The notes: a model not told the origin generated them from the letters alone. DNA of 64,000 nucleotides from Clostridia bacterium (GCA_017482465.1 JAFUMW010000018.1:663-64662); one strand, 5' to 3'; counted from the first letter of the stretch, positions 45,078 to 60,163 are shown. A program made the numbers and translations.

Positions 45078-46184
45078 GTGAGGATTTTACTCGAATTTGT
45101 AAAAAAGAATACTGTGTTTACGATAGCAGTTATCGCGGCTGTTGTAACATCTTTCATAATACCGCCGGACAAGGAATATATCGGGTATTTTGATTTCAAG
45201 GTCTTAAGCTGCCTGTTTTCGGTGCTCGCTGTTGTGTGTGCGCTGAGAAGCATGAGATTCTTCTATTCTACCGCACAGAAGATAGTGAAACGCTTTGACA
45301 CCGCGCGCAACTGTGTTATCGCGCTTGTGTATATAACATTTATCGGTTCGATGCTGATCGCAAACGATATGGCGCTTATAACATTCCTGCCGCTCGGATA
45401 CTACGTGTTAAAGTCGACCGATAGCCGCAAATATATGGCATTTCTGTTTATAATGCAGAATATTGCCGCGAACCTCGGCGGAATGCTGACACCGTTCGGA
45501 AACCCGCAGAACCTGTATCTTTACACGAAGTTCCACATACCCACGGGCGAGTTTGTTGAGATAATGTTTGCGCCGTTTATTCTTTCGGTTGTTCTTATGA
45601 CCGTCTGCTGTTTTATTTTTGTCGGAAACGAGCATCTTAAAATAACTGTAGAGGAAAATCCGCTTGACCCGAAGCGAGTAGCGCTCTATCTTGTGCTTTT
45701 TGCGATATCGGTCATAATGGTGTTCAGAGTTCTTCCCTATTACATAGGACTTATCGTTATATTTGTTGTACTGATATTTGAAAATCCCAAAGCACTCAAA
45801 AAGGTGGATTATCCGCTTCTCGGTACATTCGCGGCGTTCTTTATATTCTCGGGTAACATGGCGCGTATAGACGCAGTAAAAGAGCTGTTTGCATACCTGC
45901 TTGATAAGAGCACGCTTTTGTTCAGTATACTTTCGTGTCAGGTAATAAGTAATGTTCCCTCGGCGATACTGCTCTCGCAGTTTACCGAAAACTACCGCGA
46001 CCTGCTCGTCGGTGTGAATATCGGCGGTGTCGGAACGCTCATCTCCTCGCTGGCCAGCCTTATCACATTTAGGGAGTACACAAAGCATAACCCCGGCAAG
46101 GGCGGCAAGTATTTACTTATGTTCTCGGCATTCAATTTCTTGTTTTTGATAATACTGACAGTATTCATGATACTAATAAAATAA
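45078..46184 (+). CDS. Polytopic permease, ArsB/NhaD/citrate-transporter-like superfamily
   Basis: 368 aa, about 10 hydrophobic segments. GNPQNLYLY-type motif as in CitMHS/ArsB-like anion permeases. GTG start is the only in-frame option near the 5' end. Confidence 0.55.
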   Translation: MRILLEFVKKNTVFTIAVIAAVVTSFIIPPDKEYIGYFDFKVLSCLFSVLAVVCALRSMRFFYSTAQKIVKRFDTARNCVIALVYITFIGSMLIANDMALITFLPLGYYVLKSTDSRKYMAFLFIMQNIAANLGGMLTPFGNPQNLYLYTKFHIPTGEFVEIMFAPFILSVVLMTVCCFIFVGNEHLKITVEENPLDPKRVALYLVLFAISVIMVFRVLPYYIGLIVIFVVLIFENPKALKKVDYPLLGTFAAFFIFSGNMARIDAVKELFAYLLDKSTLLFSILSCQVISNVPSAILLSQFTENYRDLLVGVNIGGVGTLISSLASLITFREYTKHNPGKGGKYLLMFSAFNFLFLIILTVFMILIK

Positions 46185-46188
46185 CCAA

Positions 46189-46225
46189 CGGGCGGTGCAA
46201 AATGCACCGCCTGTCACTTTTATTT
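46189..46225. terminator. Bidirectional terminator between the permease gene and S8 peptidase A
   Basis: GGCGGTGCA-aaa-TGCACCGCC followed by TGTCACTTTTATTTT on the plus strand and a T-rich tail on the minus strand. Confidence 0.7.
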
Positions 46226-49200
46226 TCCCATATCTATTCTTATAACGCTCTTATTAAACGAGATGTCTTCGGTCTCGATATAAATGTACTGACCTGCTGA
46301 CTTGGTTATATCAAAGGTGACCGTGTACTCTCCGCCAATGCCGTTAGCGGTCATTTCTTCATCCGTTAGGATATTGTTGTCAGACGGCGCTTCTTTGCCG
46401 TTGAACGCATAGGCGTGCACAGCTTTTACAAAGCTGTTGTCGCTTACGGTTATATCGAGATATTTATATCCGTCATCTTCGCGTACCTCATGCGAAATAT
46501 ACTGCGGCTTTTCGCCGTCAAGCATAAATTCAAGCTCTTTTACAAACTCCCGACCGGAAGCGTCGATACCTGTAAGTCTGCACATGTAGCTTCCGTCATC
46601 GTATATATACTTGTAATTATCATTGTCCCTGCAGTCCCACAGCTTGAGCGAATAAGAATTGGTTGCAGAGGCTTTTTCGCCGAGATATGCTTTTTTCAGA
46701 CTGTTTAGTTCTTTTGTGGGGATCACTTTTTCGCCGTCAGAACCGAGAATGTCTATCTTCAGCTTTTTCAGATTGCGTAAAAGATTAAACCTCAGATATA
46801 CCGCGCAGTCAGAGCCCTCGACTGCGGGCGAGAGCACGGAAAGCTCTCTTGACAAGGAGAGATATGTATTGCTGTCGTCTGTCTCATCCGATGTGCCGAG
46901 GAAAACTGTTGAATCGGTGAAATCATCGGCAAAGTAGGTGTAAAGATATAAACCGCCGAATATACCGCCCTTGTCATAAAGGCTTGAATCGAACGGGTCG
47001 GCGGCGTAAAAGTCGCCGTAAAAGCCGAGAAACGGGATCGAGTATTTTGCAGCCGCATCTTCAAGACTTTCAAGAAAAACAAACCCCTCGATATACATTC
47101 CGTTTTCGAAAATACCTTTGAGCAACCTGATCTCTTTACTGTCAAGCGTGACGTTCAGTGTAATATCGCGTTTTTCGCCCGGAGCAAGTGTGATCGCAGT
47201 GCCGGAGTAAGCATCAGTTCCCTTGTTTATATCAACGCCGTTGTATGCGACCGATGCGTTGTTAAATTCGAGGATGTGATCTCCGGTAAAGCTGATCTCG
47301 TCATCTTCATTTGCACCAAGATACTCATACATCAAAGCACCGTATTGCTTGGTGAAAGAATCTTTTTCATCGCACAGCTCCGAGTATGAGAGCGTTTCAA
47401 AGCTTTCCGTACCTATTACAGCCGATAATTCATAAGTATGGGTTCGATTTGTGAGATTTTCAACCGTAAAGCTCATTTCGAAGCTGTCCGACAGATCATT
47501 TCCCAAAACGATCTTGCCTTGGGTATCGTACGATACAAGAAGATCTGCCTCTCGTGCCGCGCTCGGGGATATATGCCCCGCACCCTGCAATGTTACGCTG
47601 TAATACTCGTTGTCGGGCGTTGACATTGGAGTTGCTGTGTTCATGAGTATGGTCTTTATGAGCTCGCTTTTGTTTTTGCCCTCGGGCAGATCAAGTTTTG
47701 CGGCAACGCTCGCGGCAACACCGGCGGTGTACGCCGCTGCCACGGATGTGCCCGACATCGTTATGTACGAACCGTTTGCCGACACGACGGTCACATCGTT
47801 TCCCGCGGCGGCAAGCTCGGGCTTTATGTCAAGTGAGGGAGACGGTCCGCGAGAGCTGTATTCTGATATTGACGGAGTTATCCCCGCGTCGGTTATATAC
47901 ATTACGTAAGGGTCAACGAAAACAGCTTTGTTTTGCGCTTTAAGCATAGTTTCCCCGTCAGCTTTTGAGATGAAGATCGCCGGTATCATCGCACCGTCGA
48001 GCTGCATTGCTGTACGAATCGAAGGTGTGTCGCCCTGTTCGTTGTCGTAAACGATAACAGCGACCGCGCCCCTTTCGGCGGCATTGTTTACCTTTTCAAC
48101 AAAGGATAATTCTCCTCTTTTGATAAGCGCGATCTTGCCGGTGAGATCTGTCGGAGAGCCGTTGACAATAAAGTCTTCAGGTCTGCCTAAACCGACTATC
48201 GGCACATATTCAAGTGTTTTGGAAGAAAAGTGTGAACCGAAGCTCTTTGAACCGGTCTCTTCAATGTCTGCGTTCGTGTCGCTGTACGGTATATATATAT
48301 CTGTGCCGGCAAGCATAAAAGCGTGTGCTCTTGTGAGAAAGGTGTCAGCGCTTGCCGTTGACAGTGCCTCGGGTACTGTCGAGGGAGCGTTTACCGTTCC
48401 GCTGTCGGGAATGCTTGTAAGCGGTTCGTAATATCCGTAATGTCTGTCAAAGATCGAGCCCGCGCCGAGAGCGGATTCGTTTCCGGCGGCACATACGACC
48501 GTAACGCCGAGACTGCTTACTTTTTTTATTGCTTCTTCGACGAAAGTGTCATACAGTCCTGTTTCGGAAAAGCCGCAGGGCGAACCGAGGCTTAGGCACA
48601 CCGAGTCTGCTCCGAGAATGTAAGCGTCTTCAAGCGCCGCGACTATCGCACTTGCTTTTGCCGTGCGAGATTTATCCTCATAGACCTTCATCGCAAATGC
48701 CTGTGCCGCAGGGACGGCACTTGACAGAGCTTGATCCGGAGCGTTGCCGACAGCGATGCTTAACATAGCAGTACCGTGATTTGAGATCGGTGAAACATCG
48801 GTGTCGCGGTCGCCGTAGTCAAAGGCAAACGGTATTTTTTCGCTTTTATATACTTTTTTTGTGCTTGTGTAAGGATACAGACGGTATGCCTTTGTGAAAT
48901 GCAGATTGTTTTTTATGTCATCATATATGAGCTTGATGCTTGTGTCGTCGCTAAGCGAAAAAGCCTTGTGACGCAGATAAAATCCGTCATCAAGTACAGC
49001 GACGACCGAGCCCGCGCCTCGCGACGGATCGGTATCGGGCTCAATGCTCGGAGCGTATACGATCTTGTACTCGCTTTCATCAGATGACAGTGTCTGATAT
49101 TCGGTGTCGGCATATACAGCGTATACCGACGGCATTGCCTTAAGCTGCTCGAGAGCAACTCGGTCTACATCTGCGGAAAATCCGTTGATAAGCACCGAAT

Positions 49201-49393
49201 ATTCGTTTTTTATCTCGATGCCGCCGATCGCCGACACGGTTTTCGATACAGTCGCACCGTCGCAAAGACTGACGATAACGCTTGTGTATTCGGCTTTGTT
49301 GGTATACGGTATTATTGCCGATGCCTGTGAAGTCAGTATCCCGAATATGAGTATTACGGCGCAGATAAAGCGCGCCGATCTTTTAATTATCAT
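46220..49393 (-). CDS. Secreted S8-family (subtilisin-like) serine peptidase with PA-domain insert, paralogue A
   Basis: Signal peptide (..ILTSQASA|II). Catalytic Asp VVAVLDDGF, His NHGTAM, Ser MSGTSVAAAY. PA-domain segment LTGKIALIKRGELSFVEKVNNAAERGAVAVIVYDN. 1057 aa. Confidence 0.85.
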   Translation of the reverse strand: MIIKRSARFICAVILIFGILTSQASAIIPYTNKAEYTSVIVSLCDGATVSKTVSAIGGIEIKNEYSVLINGFSADVDRVALEQLKAMPSVYAVYADTEYQTLSSDESEYKIVYAPSIEPDTDPSRGAGSVVAVLDDGFYLRHKAFSLSDDTSIKLIYDDIKNNLHFTKAYRLYPYTSTKKVYKSEKIPFAFDYGDRDTDVSPISNHGTAMLSIAVGNAPDQALSSAVPAAQAFAMKVYEDKSRTAKASAIVAALEDAYILGADSVCLSLGSPCGFSETGLYDTFVEEAIKKVSSLGVTVVCAAGNESALGAGSIFDRHYGYYEPLTSIPDSGTVNAPSTVPEALSTASADTFLTRAHAFMLAGTDIYIPYSDTNADIEETGSKSFGSHFSSKTLEYVPIVGLGRPEDFIVNGSPTDLTGKIALIKRGELSFVEKVNNAAERGAVAVIVYDNEQGDTPSIRTAMQLDGAMIPAIFISKADGETMLKAQNKAVFVDPYVMYITDAGITPSISEYSSRGPSPSLDIKPELAAAGNDVTVVSANGSYITMSGTSVAAAYTAGVAASVAAKLDLPEGKNKSELIKTILMNTATPMSTPDNEYYSVTLQGAGHISPSAAREADLLVSYDTQGKIVLGNDLSDSFEMSFTVENLTNRTHTYELSAVIGTESFETLSYSELCDEKDSFTKQYGALMYEYLGANEDDEISFTGDHILEFNNASVAYNGVDINKGTDAYSGTAITLAPGEKRDITLNVTLDSKEIRLLKGIFENGMYIEGFVFLESLEDAAAKYSIPFLGFYGDFYAADPFDSSLYDKGGIFGGLYLYTYFADDFTDSTVFLGTSDETDDSNTYLSLSRELSVLSPAVEGSDCAVYLRFNLLRNLKKLKIDILGSDGEKVIPTKELNSLKKAYLGEKASATNSYSLKLWDCRDNDNYKYIYDDGSYMCRLTGIDASGREFVKELEFMLDGEKPQYISHEVREDDGYKYLDITVSDNSFVKAVHAYAFNGKEAPSDNNILTDEEMTANGIGGEYTVTFDITKSAGQYIYIETEDISFNKSVIRIDMGK

Positions 49394-49415
49394 TATTTTA
49401 CCTTTCTGTCGGGGA

Positions 49416-52400
49416 TCACGGAATGCGGATCTTGACCGTTTTTGTGTTCATGGCATAATCGGTGATGTCAGCCCAGATATGGTCTTCTGTGATGTGTGAT
49501 ACATCATAGGTAAGGGTTGTTACACGGTCTGTTGCGGGAAGAGCATCGGATGTTGTGAGCTCTACGGTCTGCTTTGCGTTGTTGTAAAATTCTATGGACT
49601 TTACCGCATGATTGTCTTTTATCGCAAGTGTGACCGTCTTTACACCGTTTTTGTTATCCGAGGATTCGAGCCAGTACTTGGGTGCAGAGGTGTCGATAAC
49701 AAAGTCAAGCGAGAGCATCTGAGAGGTCTTTTGACCGCCTTGGTACGCGGTTATTTTTGCCGTGTATCTTCCGTCGGGAAAAATGAAATCATCATATAAT
49801 CCGTCGCTTCCGTCCCATAACGGTATTACATCGTTGCGTTCTATTCCGCCCTTTGTCATGGGAGTATTTGTGTAGCTTTCGGAGAACAGGAGTTCGCCTG
49901 CTTCTGAAATGATGTCAACACTGAGTCCGCTTACATTACGTAACAGCGATGGAGAAAAGCTGAGGGTGTCAAAAACTCCGTCACCGTTCGGAGAAAAGGC
50001 GGCGAGCGCTTCAACAGCACCGTTTACGGTTCCGTCGGGACTTCCGAGAATAGAGTAACTTTCATCTTCATTCTGAGAAGTGAGTGCGTTTCCCGTAAAG
50101 AACGGGAGCGTTTCTTCGTAAACGGTGGTATCGAAAATGTCCGCTTCGTCAAAGTTGCCCGAAAAACCGGTAAACGGGATTGAACTTACTGCGTTTTCTG
50201 TGTGGGCGTAGATAAAGCCGTCAACAAAATATCCGTCTTCGAAGACTTCGTTTCCGTCAAGCTCTTCGTTGTCGAGCGTGATATACAGCTTGGCGGTAAG
50301 CTTTTCTTCTGCCCCGAGGGTGTATGTGTACGCATTGCTTCCGGTCGCTTTAAGCCCGCTGTTTTCTTCGGGTGTTACAGTGCTTTTGTACAGCTTTCTT
50401 GATGTAAGCGTGTTGAAGATATATGTCTGTTCTTTGCCGTTTATCTCCACGGGTACGGTTGCGTATTCGTCGCAAAGCGTACTTGTGTTGATCGTGAGTG
50501 TAAGCTCTTTGTCGGTGAGATTTTCGGCTGTAAATTCAAACGAGTATTTATTGTTGTCCTCCTTTTTGAGTATGAGAGAGGGAGAACCGTCAAGGTCGGT
50601 AAGCAGTACCTCGGCCGAAAGCGCTTTTTTGACATCGGCAAGTCCCGCTCCCTGCTGTCTGGGTGAAAATTCAGCATCTGTATCTGTGTTTATAAGAGGA
50701 AGAGCGCTGTTCATGATGATGTTTTTTATATGAGACGGACGCTTTGAAAGGATGTACTTACTTTCCTCACGGTCAAGCTTTTCGTTTAACAGAGCGGCGA
50801 TGCCCGAAATGAACGGTGTTGCCATGGAAGTGCCTGAAAGAGAGGTGTATGTACCTCCGGCGGCTGCCGAATATACGCTTTCGCCGACACTGGTGATATC
50901 CGGCTTTAGCTCAAACTCCGGCGTGACTCCCCATGAGGAGAAGTCGGACATGCGGTAAGCATATTCGTTTTCGACAAGCTCGCTGAGCGCGCTGTCAAAG
51001 GACAGTACCTTGTTTGATGCGTTTGTGAGATACTCGCCGTCTTCTTTTGAAATGAATACCGCGGGTATGTTACAGCCGGTAAGCTCCATGTACACCTCGT
51101 CGCCGTCAACATTATCGTATATTACGGCGGCAATGGCGCCTGCTGCAGCCGCGGCATTTACCTTGTCGATAAATGTGGTGATACCGCGTTCTATAAGTGC
51201 GATCTTTCCCGTAAGATCAAGCCCGTCGTAATCTTTTGCTTCACCGAGTCCGGGGATTGGCACGTATTCAAGCTCCTGCTTGTCAAAATGCTTGGTGAAG
51301 GTCTTTTTGATGATGCCGAGATTGGCATTCGTGTCGGTGTATTTGATTCGGTACAGCTCACCATACCCGTTTATATGTACAAGAGTGTCATACGCAACGT
51401 GTGTGTTCTGTGCGCTTGCGACAGCTATGTAGTCTTTGATTACCGCGGGATGGTTTACTGTTCCGTAGTCGGGAGTTTTCGCAAGCGGATAAGGAAGCTC
51501 AAGATAGCTTGCATAGGAGCTTGCATCACCCGCACTGCCGTCATTTCCCGCGGCACATACTACGGTGATGCCCGCGTTTGTCAGATGCTCTGCCATACGG
51601 TCCATGCTTGAATATTTTTTAGCTTGTGACGAGCCCGAATAAGACCCGATACTGAGGTTTATCACGTCAGCGCCGAGAGCTATCGCGTCTTCGAGCGCCG
51701 ATACGACATACTGCTCTGACGCATTTGACGTGTTCTGGTCAAAGACCTTCATAAACAGGAGCTGACATTCGGGGGCGACGCCGCTAACAGCTTTGCTGTT
51801 TCCGCCGATTATTGCCGAAACGTGCGTTCCGTGACTGTCAAGCGTTGATACGTCTGATGATCTTGCCGCGTAATTGAAGGCAAACGGGATCTTGTCGCTG
51901 ACAAATATGCCATCAAGACTTGCGGCGCCGTCTACATTCAGCTGACCGTCGGATATAAGCCTGTCAACATCCGCTTTTGTTATCGACGGGTTTTCGGGAA
52001 GCTTTGCAAAAGCTTCGTGCGTAATATCAAAACCGTTGTCGATCACGGCAACTACAGTGCCGCTTCCCAGATGACCCGATTCATGTGCGGGGGTGATGCC
52101 CATCATTTCGGACGCGTATGCAGAAGCTGTGTCATACTTACGCTCCTCAAACGAGAGAGGGGCGAAATATCCGCTTTCATGTGCGTCAAAGTACTTACTG
52201 CTGTCGATCACTTCAATGTAGCTTTGAGGTACACGGGCGGAAAAGCCGAACAGTGCGAGTGAATATGTGTCTGTTATCTCAATGTTACCTTTCGTGAGCC
52301 GCTCAAGATATTCGCGCGCCGAGGTTGTGTCCGAAAAATAATTCTCATCCGCATAGATCATTATGTCACAAGGCTCTTTTTCTGCAGAGAGAGCTGAGGA

Positions 52401-52472
52401 CGGAATGACCGCGGACGCTAATATGATACCGGCGGTGATGGCGGAAAGTGCTTTTAATAATAATTTTTTCAT
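49416..52472 (-). CDS. Secreted S8-family (subtilisin-like) serine peptidase with PA-domain insert, paralogue B
   Basis: Start at ATG 52472 (AGGAG RBS). Signal peptide MKKLLLKALSAITAGIILASA. Asp VVAVIDNGF, His HGTHVSA, Ser LSGTSMATPFISG. PA segment LTGKIALIERGITTFIDKVNAAAAAGAIAAVIYDN. C-terminal AFSPNGDGVFD Ig-like module. Confidence 0.85.
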   Translation of the reverse strand: MKKLLLKALSAITAGIILASAVIPSSALSAEKEPCDIMIYADENYFSDTTSAREYLERLTKGNIEITDTYSLALFGFSARVPQSYIEVIDSSKYFDAHESGYFAPLSFEERKYDTASAYASEMMGITPAHESGHLGSGTVVAVIDNGFDITHEAFAKLPENPSITKADVDRLISDGQLNVDGAASLDGIFVSDKIPFAFNYAARSSDVSTLDSHGTHVSAIIGGNSKAVSGVAPECQLLFMKVFDQNTSNASEQYVVSALEDAIALGADVINLSIGSYSGSSQAKKYSSMDRMAEHLTNAGITVVCAAGNDGSAGDASSYASYLELPYPLAKTPDYGTVNHPAVIKDYIAVASAQNTHVAYDTLVHINGYGELYRIKYTDTNANLGIIKKTFTKHFDKQELEYVPIPGLGEAKDYDGLDLTGKIALIERGITTFIDKVNAAAAAGAIAAVIYDNVDGDEVYMELTGCNIPAVFISKEDGEYLTNASNKVLSFDSALSELVENEYAYRMSDFSSWGVTPEFELKPDITSVGESVYSAAAGGTYTSLSGTSMATPFISGIAALLNEKLDREESKYILSKRPSHIKNIIMNSALPLINTDTDAEFSPRQQGAGLADVKKALSAEVLLTDLDGSPSLILKKEDNNKYSFEFTAENLTDKELTLTINTSTLCDEYATVPVEINGKEQTYIFNTLTSRKLYKSTVTPEENSGLKATGSNAYTYTLGAEEKLTAKLYITLDNEELDGNEVFEDGYFVDGFIYAHTENAVSSIPFTGFSGNFDEADIFDTTVYEETLPFFTGNALTSQNEDESYSILGSPDGTVNGAVEALAAFSPNGDGVFDTLSFSPSLLRNVSGLSVDIISEAGELLFSESYTNTPMTKGGIERNDVIPLWDGSDGLYDDFIFPDGRYTAKITAYQGGQKTSQMLSLDFVIDTSAPKYWLESSDNKNGVKTVTLAIKDNHAVKSIEFYNNAKQTVELTTSDALPATDRVTTLTYDVSHITEDHIWADITDYAMNTKTVKIRIP

Positions 52473-52636
52473 TTTATCTCCTGAACATTTATATAGTTTT
52501 GCGTAAAATTGTACAGTTGACTCTATTATATCAAACAACCGTACGCTATTCAATACATATTTTTGAATTTTTAACATGAATGGGGGTAATAATGTATTAT
52601 CGGAAAATTTTTATGCATATGGAAAGGATAAACAAA

Positions 52637-53302
52637 ATGAAGCATGACATATTTTTAAGGAGATATATAAGCTTTTTGCTTGCGGCTTTTATGCTTATGT
52701 ACACTTCGTCCGCATACATGCCGGTAAACGGTGAAGAGGCGATATATTCAAAGATATTGAGACTTCACGTTATCGCAAATTCAGACAGTGATTATGACCA
52801 GGATATGAAGCTTGCGGTACGCGATGCGGTACTTGCAGAGCTAGCTTGCCTGTACAGCGAAAACGGCGTCTCTTCGCTTCGGGAAGCAAAAAAAGCGGTT
52901 GATGATAACAGAGAAAGGCTTGTGTCTGCAGCAAAAAAAGCCGTTTTTGACTACGGAGGCGCATATGATGTGACCCTTGAGCTCGGCCGTGAGCTATATC
53001 CGACTAAAAGCTATGATAACGTAACTCTTCCCGCAGGCGAGTATGAATCGTTGAAAATAAGGATAGGCAATGCCGAGGGCAAAAATTGGTGGTGTGTTCT
53101 TTTTCCCACGCTTTGTCTTGTCCAAGCATCGCGAGATGAAAGTGCCGACACGTACGTTTATGAGGAGAACGGGGAAAAATTTATTGCCGCCGGATTTACG
53201 CCCGAGGAGATACGGATCATAACCGAAGCCGAAAGCGATGAGATCAAGGTGAAGTTCAGATTTCTTGAGATATTCGGGTCATTATTTGCACAGACAGATT
53301 AA
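52637..53302 (+). CDS. spoIIR: Stage II sporulation protein R
   Basis: ILRLHVIANSDSDYDQ..KLAVRDAVL, NWWCVLFP.LC motifs are typical of SpoIIR. N-terminal signal/TM. Start chosen at Met20 (AGGA RBS), moderately uncertain. Confidence 0.8.
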   Translation: MKHDIFLRRYISFLLAAFMLMYTSSAYMPVNGEEAIYSKILRLHVIANSDSDYDQDMKLAVRDAVLAELACLYSENGVSSLREAKKAVDDNRERLVSAAKKAVFDYGGAYDVTLELGRELYPTKSYDNVTLPAGEYESLKIRIGNAEGKNWWCVLFPTLCLVQASRDESADTYVYEENGEKFIAAGFTPEEIRIITEAESDEIKVKFRFLEIFGSLFAQTD

Positions 53303-53403
53303 ATTTTCCGAAAAATACTTGATTATCGCGGCCATTTATTATATAATTGATAAGATAAAGATAAAAAGGAGGGGTATTTACGGAAACAAAAGCGCAAAAG
53401 CTG

Positions 53404-54928
53404 ATGAAAAGCGCCGTGTTTATGGTGATAGCGACTGTTATGGCGAAAGCGCTCGGGCTGGTCCGCGATATGTTGATCGCGGCACATTACGGTACGACGG
53501 TCGAGGCAGTGGCGTATGATGCCGCTTCAAGGCTTCCCATACTTCTCTTTGATTTTGTTATAGGCGGTGTCGTCACAGCCGCGTTTATACCGATATTCAA
53601 TGAATTACTGGTTAAAAAAGGGCGGGACGAGGCTTTTAAGTTCGCCGATCATTATGTTACGCTTATATTGCTCGTAACCGTTATAATTGCGCTTATAGGC
53701 GTGCTTTTTGCCGCACCGCTTGTGGAGTTTCTGATCCCTGATGCCGCTGATGAAGCAAAGATTATGGCGGTGGAGCTTACTCGGATAATGTTCCCGATGA
53801 TAATCTTTACCGGGCTTGCGTTTGCCTTTGTCGGCGTACTTCTGTCGCTCGGGGAATTCAGGATTCCCGCGATAATCAGCCTTGTTTCCAACGGGGTCAT
53901 GGTGATCTATCTGTTTTCACTTGACCGTGTGTTCGGAGTTATAGGACTTTCGGTGTCGATGTTGATCGGCTGGCTTTTGCAGGCAATCGTGCAGATACCG
54001 CGGCTTAACTCGCTCGGCTACAGATACCGTATGCGTTTAAGCCTTGGCTCGCCTTACATAAAACAGGCGGCAAAGGGGGCTTTGCCGATACTATTGGGCA
54101 CATGGACAGGCCCTGTGTGCTCGCTTATAAACACACGCTTTGCCTCGGGTATCGAGGCGGGACGTGCTGTTACCGCTCTTGGATACGCGAACAGATTTTA
54201 CACCATCCTTATCGGCGTTTTTTCATATGTGGCGACAAATCTTCTCTTTCCGTACATTTCAAAGGCGACAGCCGGAGGTGAAAAAGAGGAGGCAAACAAG
54301 CTCATGCTTTCGTCGATCCGTATACTTATGCTTGTGATAATGCCGATAACCGCCGGACTTATGGTGCTTTCCGAGCCGCTTGTGTCGATCGTTTACCAGC
54401 GAGGTGAGTTCAACGCTCAGGACGTTGCGATGACGGCCGAGGCGCTTGGTTTCTATACGGTCGGAATGGTCTTTGCCGCCGCAAATGAGGTGCTGACAAA
54501 GGCGTTTTTCGCACGAAAGGAATTCAAGATACCGATGTACGCGTCTATATGCGCGATGGGTGTGAATTTTGCACTTGTATTCTTCTTTGCGAAAAGCTTC
54601 GGCGTCGGAGGGATCGCACTATCCTCGGGTATCGCGGTCGCTGCCGGCTGTATCTTCAATTATATCGCGCTGTTAAAGCGTGACAAGGTGCTTTTTGTAT
54701 GGTCCGATGTAAAGAACCTGTTGAAAATGGCGGTATCATCCCTGGTAATGGCGGTGTCGGTGTATTTTGTTAGCTCTGCGGTGAGCGGTAATCTGGCGAA
54801 GCTGATACTCGGGGTCTTGACAGGTGTCGGCGTCTACTTTATCATGTGCGTGATACTGAAGGTCGAGGAGATCGGATATCTTATGAACGCGTTGCGTTCC
54901 AAATTTTTGTCGAAAAACGGTGGATCAG

Positions 54929-54936
<8 letters not shown>
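53404..54936 (+). CDS. murJ: Lipid II flippase MurJ
   Basis: 510 aa, about 14 TM. N-terminus KSAVFMVIATVMAKALGLVRDMLIAAHYG and the MOP/MVF family pattern. Confidence 0.9.
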
Positions 54937-58047
<3,111 letters not shown>

Positions 58048-58071
58048 CGACAGTGTAAGGAGATGATATAA

Positions 58072-59352
<1,281 letters not shown>

Positions 59353-59665
59353 GTCGGATATGACTGTTAAAACTGCATAAAAATAAGAGCCCGGATTTTT
59401 GAAAACATCAAAAATTCGTGCTTTTTTTGACCGAAAATCAGCTCATACGTGAGGAAAATGCATAAATTTTCAAAAAAATTAACAAAAATGAAGAAAATCC
59501 AGAAAAAAGTTCGAAAAAACTATGGATTTTTTCTTTAATATATAGTATAATGTAATGGTAAATGCGCCGAAAGCGGAAAAGGTCTGCCTTTGTCGAAAAT
59601 TTAACAATCTTTTGCGCCGACGGCTAAACATTTCAATGAAATTTTATTAGGAGGATGAATTTCAA

Positions 59666-60163
59666 ATGAAGAAGAATTTGACCACGGTTGCTTTCGCAGG
59701 AACCAAGGAGCAGGAAGCACAGCTTGACGCTCTCATTGCGAAGCACAAGGATTCGAAGGGTGCGCTCATGCCTATCCTTCAGGGTGCCCAGGGCATCTAC
59801 GGTTATCTCCCGATCGAGGTACAGAAGCACATTGCGCTTGCGATGGGTGTATCTCTCGCAGAGGTATACGGAGTAGCTACATTCTACTCTCAGTTCGTGC
59901 TCAATCCCAAGGGCGAGGTTGCTGTTGCTGTCTGTCTCGGAACAGCATGTTACGTTAAGGGCTCGGGAGATATCATTGAGAAGATCTCCGAAAAGCTTGG
60001 CGTAGGCGTAGGCGAAACAAGCTCGGACGGAAAGTACAGCATCGACGCTACACGTTGCATCGGCGCGTGCGGTCTTGCTCCCGTTCTTACCATCAATGAT
60101 GAGGTGTACGGAAGACTTGTTACCGCTGATGTTGACAAGATTCTCGCACCTTATATTAACTGA
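59666..60163 (+). CDS. NuoE/HydC-like thioredoxin-fold [2Fe-2S] ferredoxin subunit
   Basis: ALMPILQ.AQ...GYLP, CLGTACYVKG and CIGACGLAPV (four-Cys 2Fe-2S ligands). AGGAGG RBS. Confidence 0.85.
   Translation: MKKNLTTVAFAGTKEQEAQLDALIAKHKDSKGALMPILQGAQGIYGYLPIEVQKHIALAMGVSLAEVYGVATFYSQFVLNPKGEVAVAVCLGTACYVKGSGDIIEKISEKLGVGVGETSSDGKYSIDATRCIGACGLAPVLTINDEVYGRLVTADVDKILAPYIN

Noticed and set aside
46220-52472. The tandem S8 peptidases as Csp-type germination proteases (CspBA/CspC-like)
   Set aside because: Csp proteases are intracellular or spore-associated, lack signal peptides and lack PA-domain inserts. Both proteins here have clear signal peptides, PA domains and long Ig-like tails, so an extracellular proteinase role fits better.
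59458-59538. 26-codon, very basic ORF (MHKFSKKLTKMKKIQKKVRKNYGFFL) in the obg/nuoE-like intergenic region
   Set aside because: It lies in an A-rich spacer where Lys codons arise by composition alone. The SD spacing is too short (about 3-4 nt). There is no supporting evidence.
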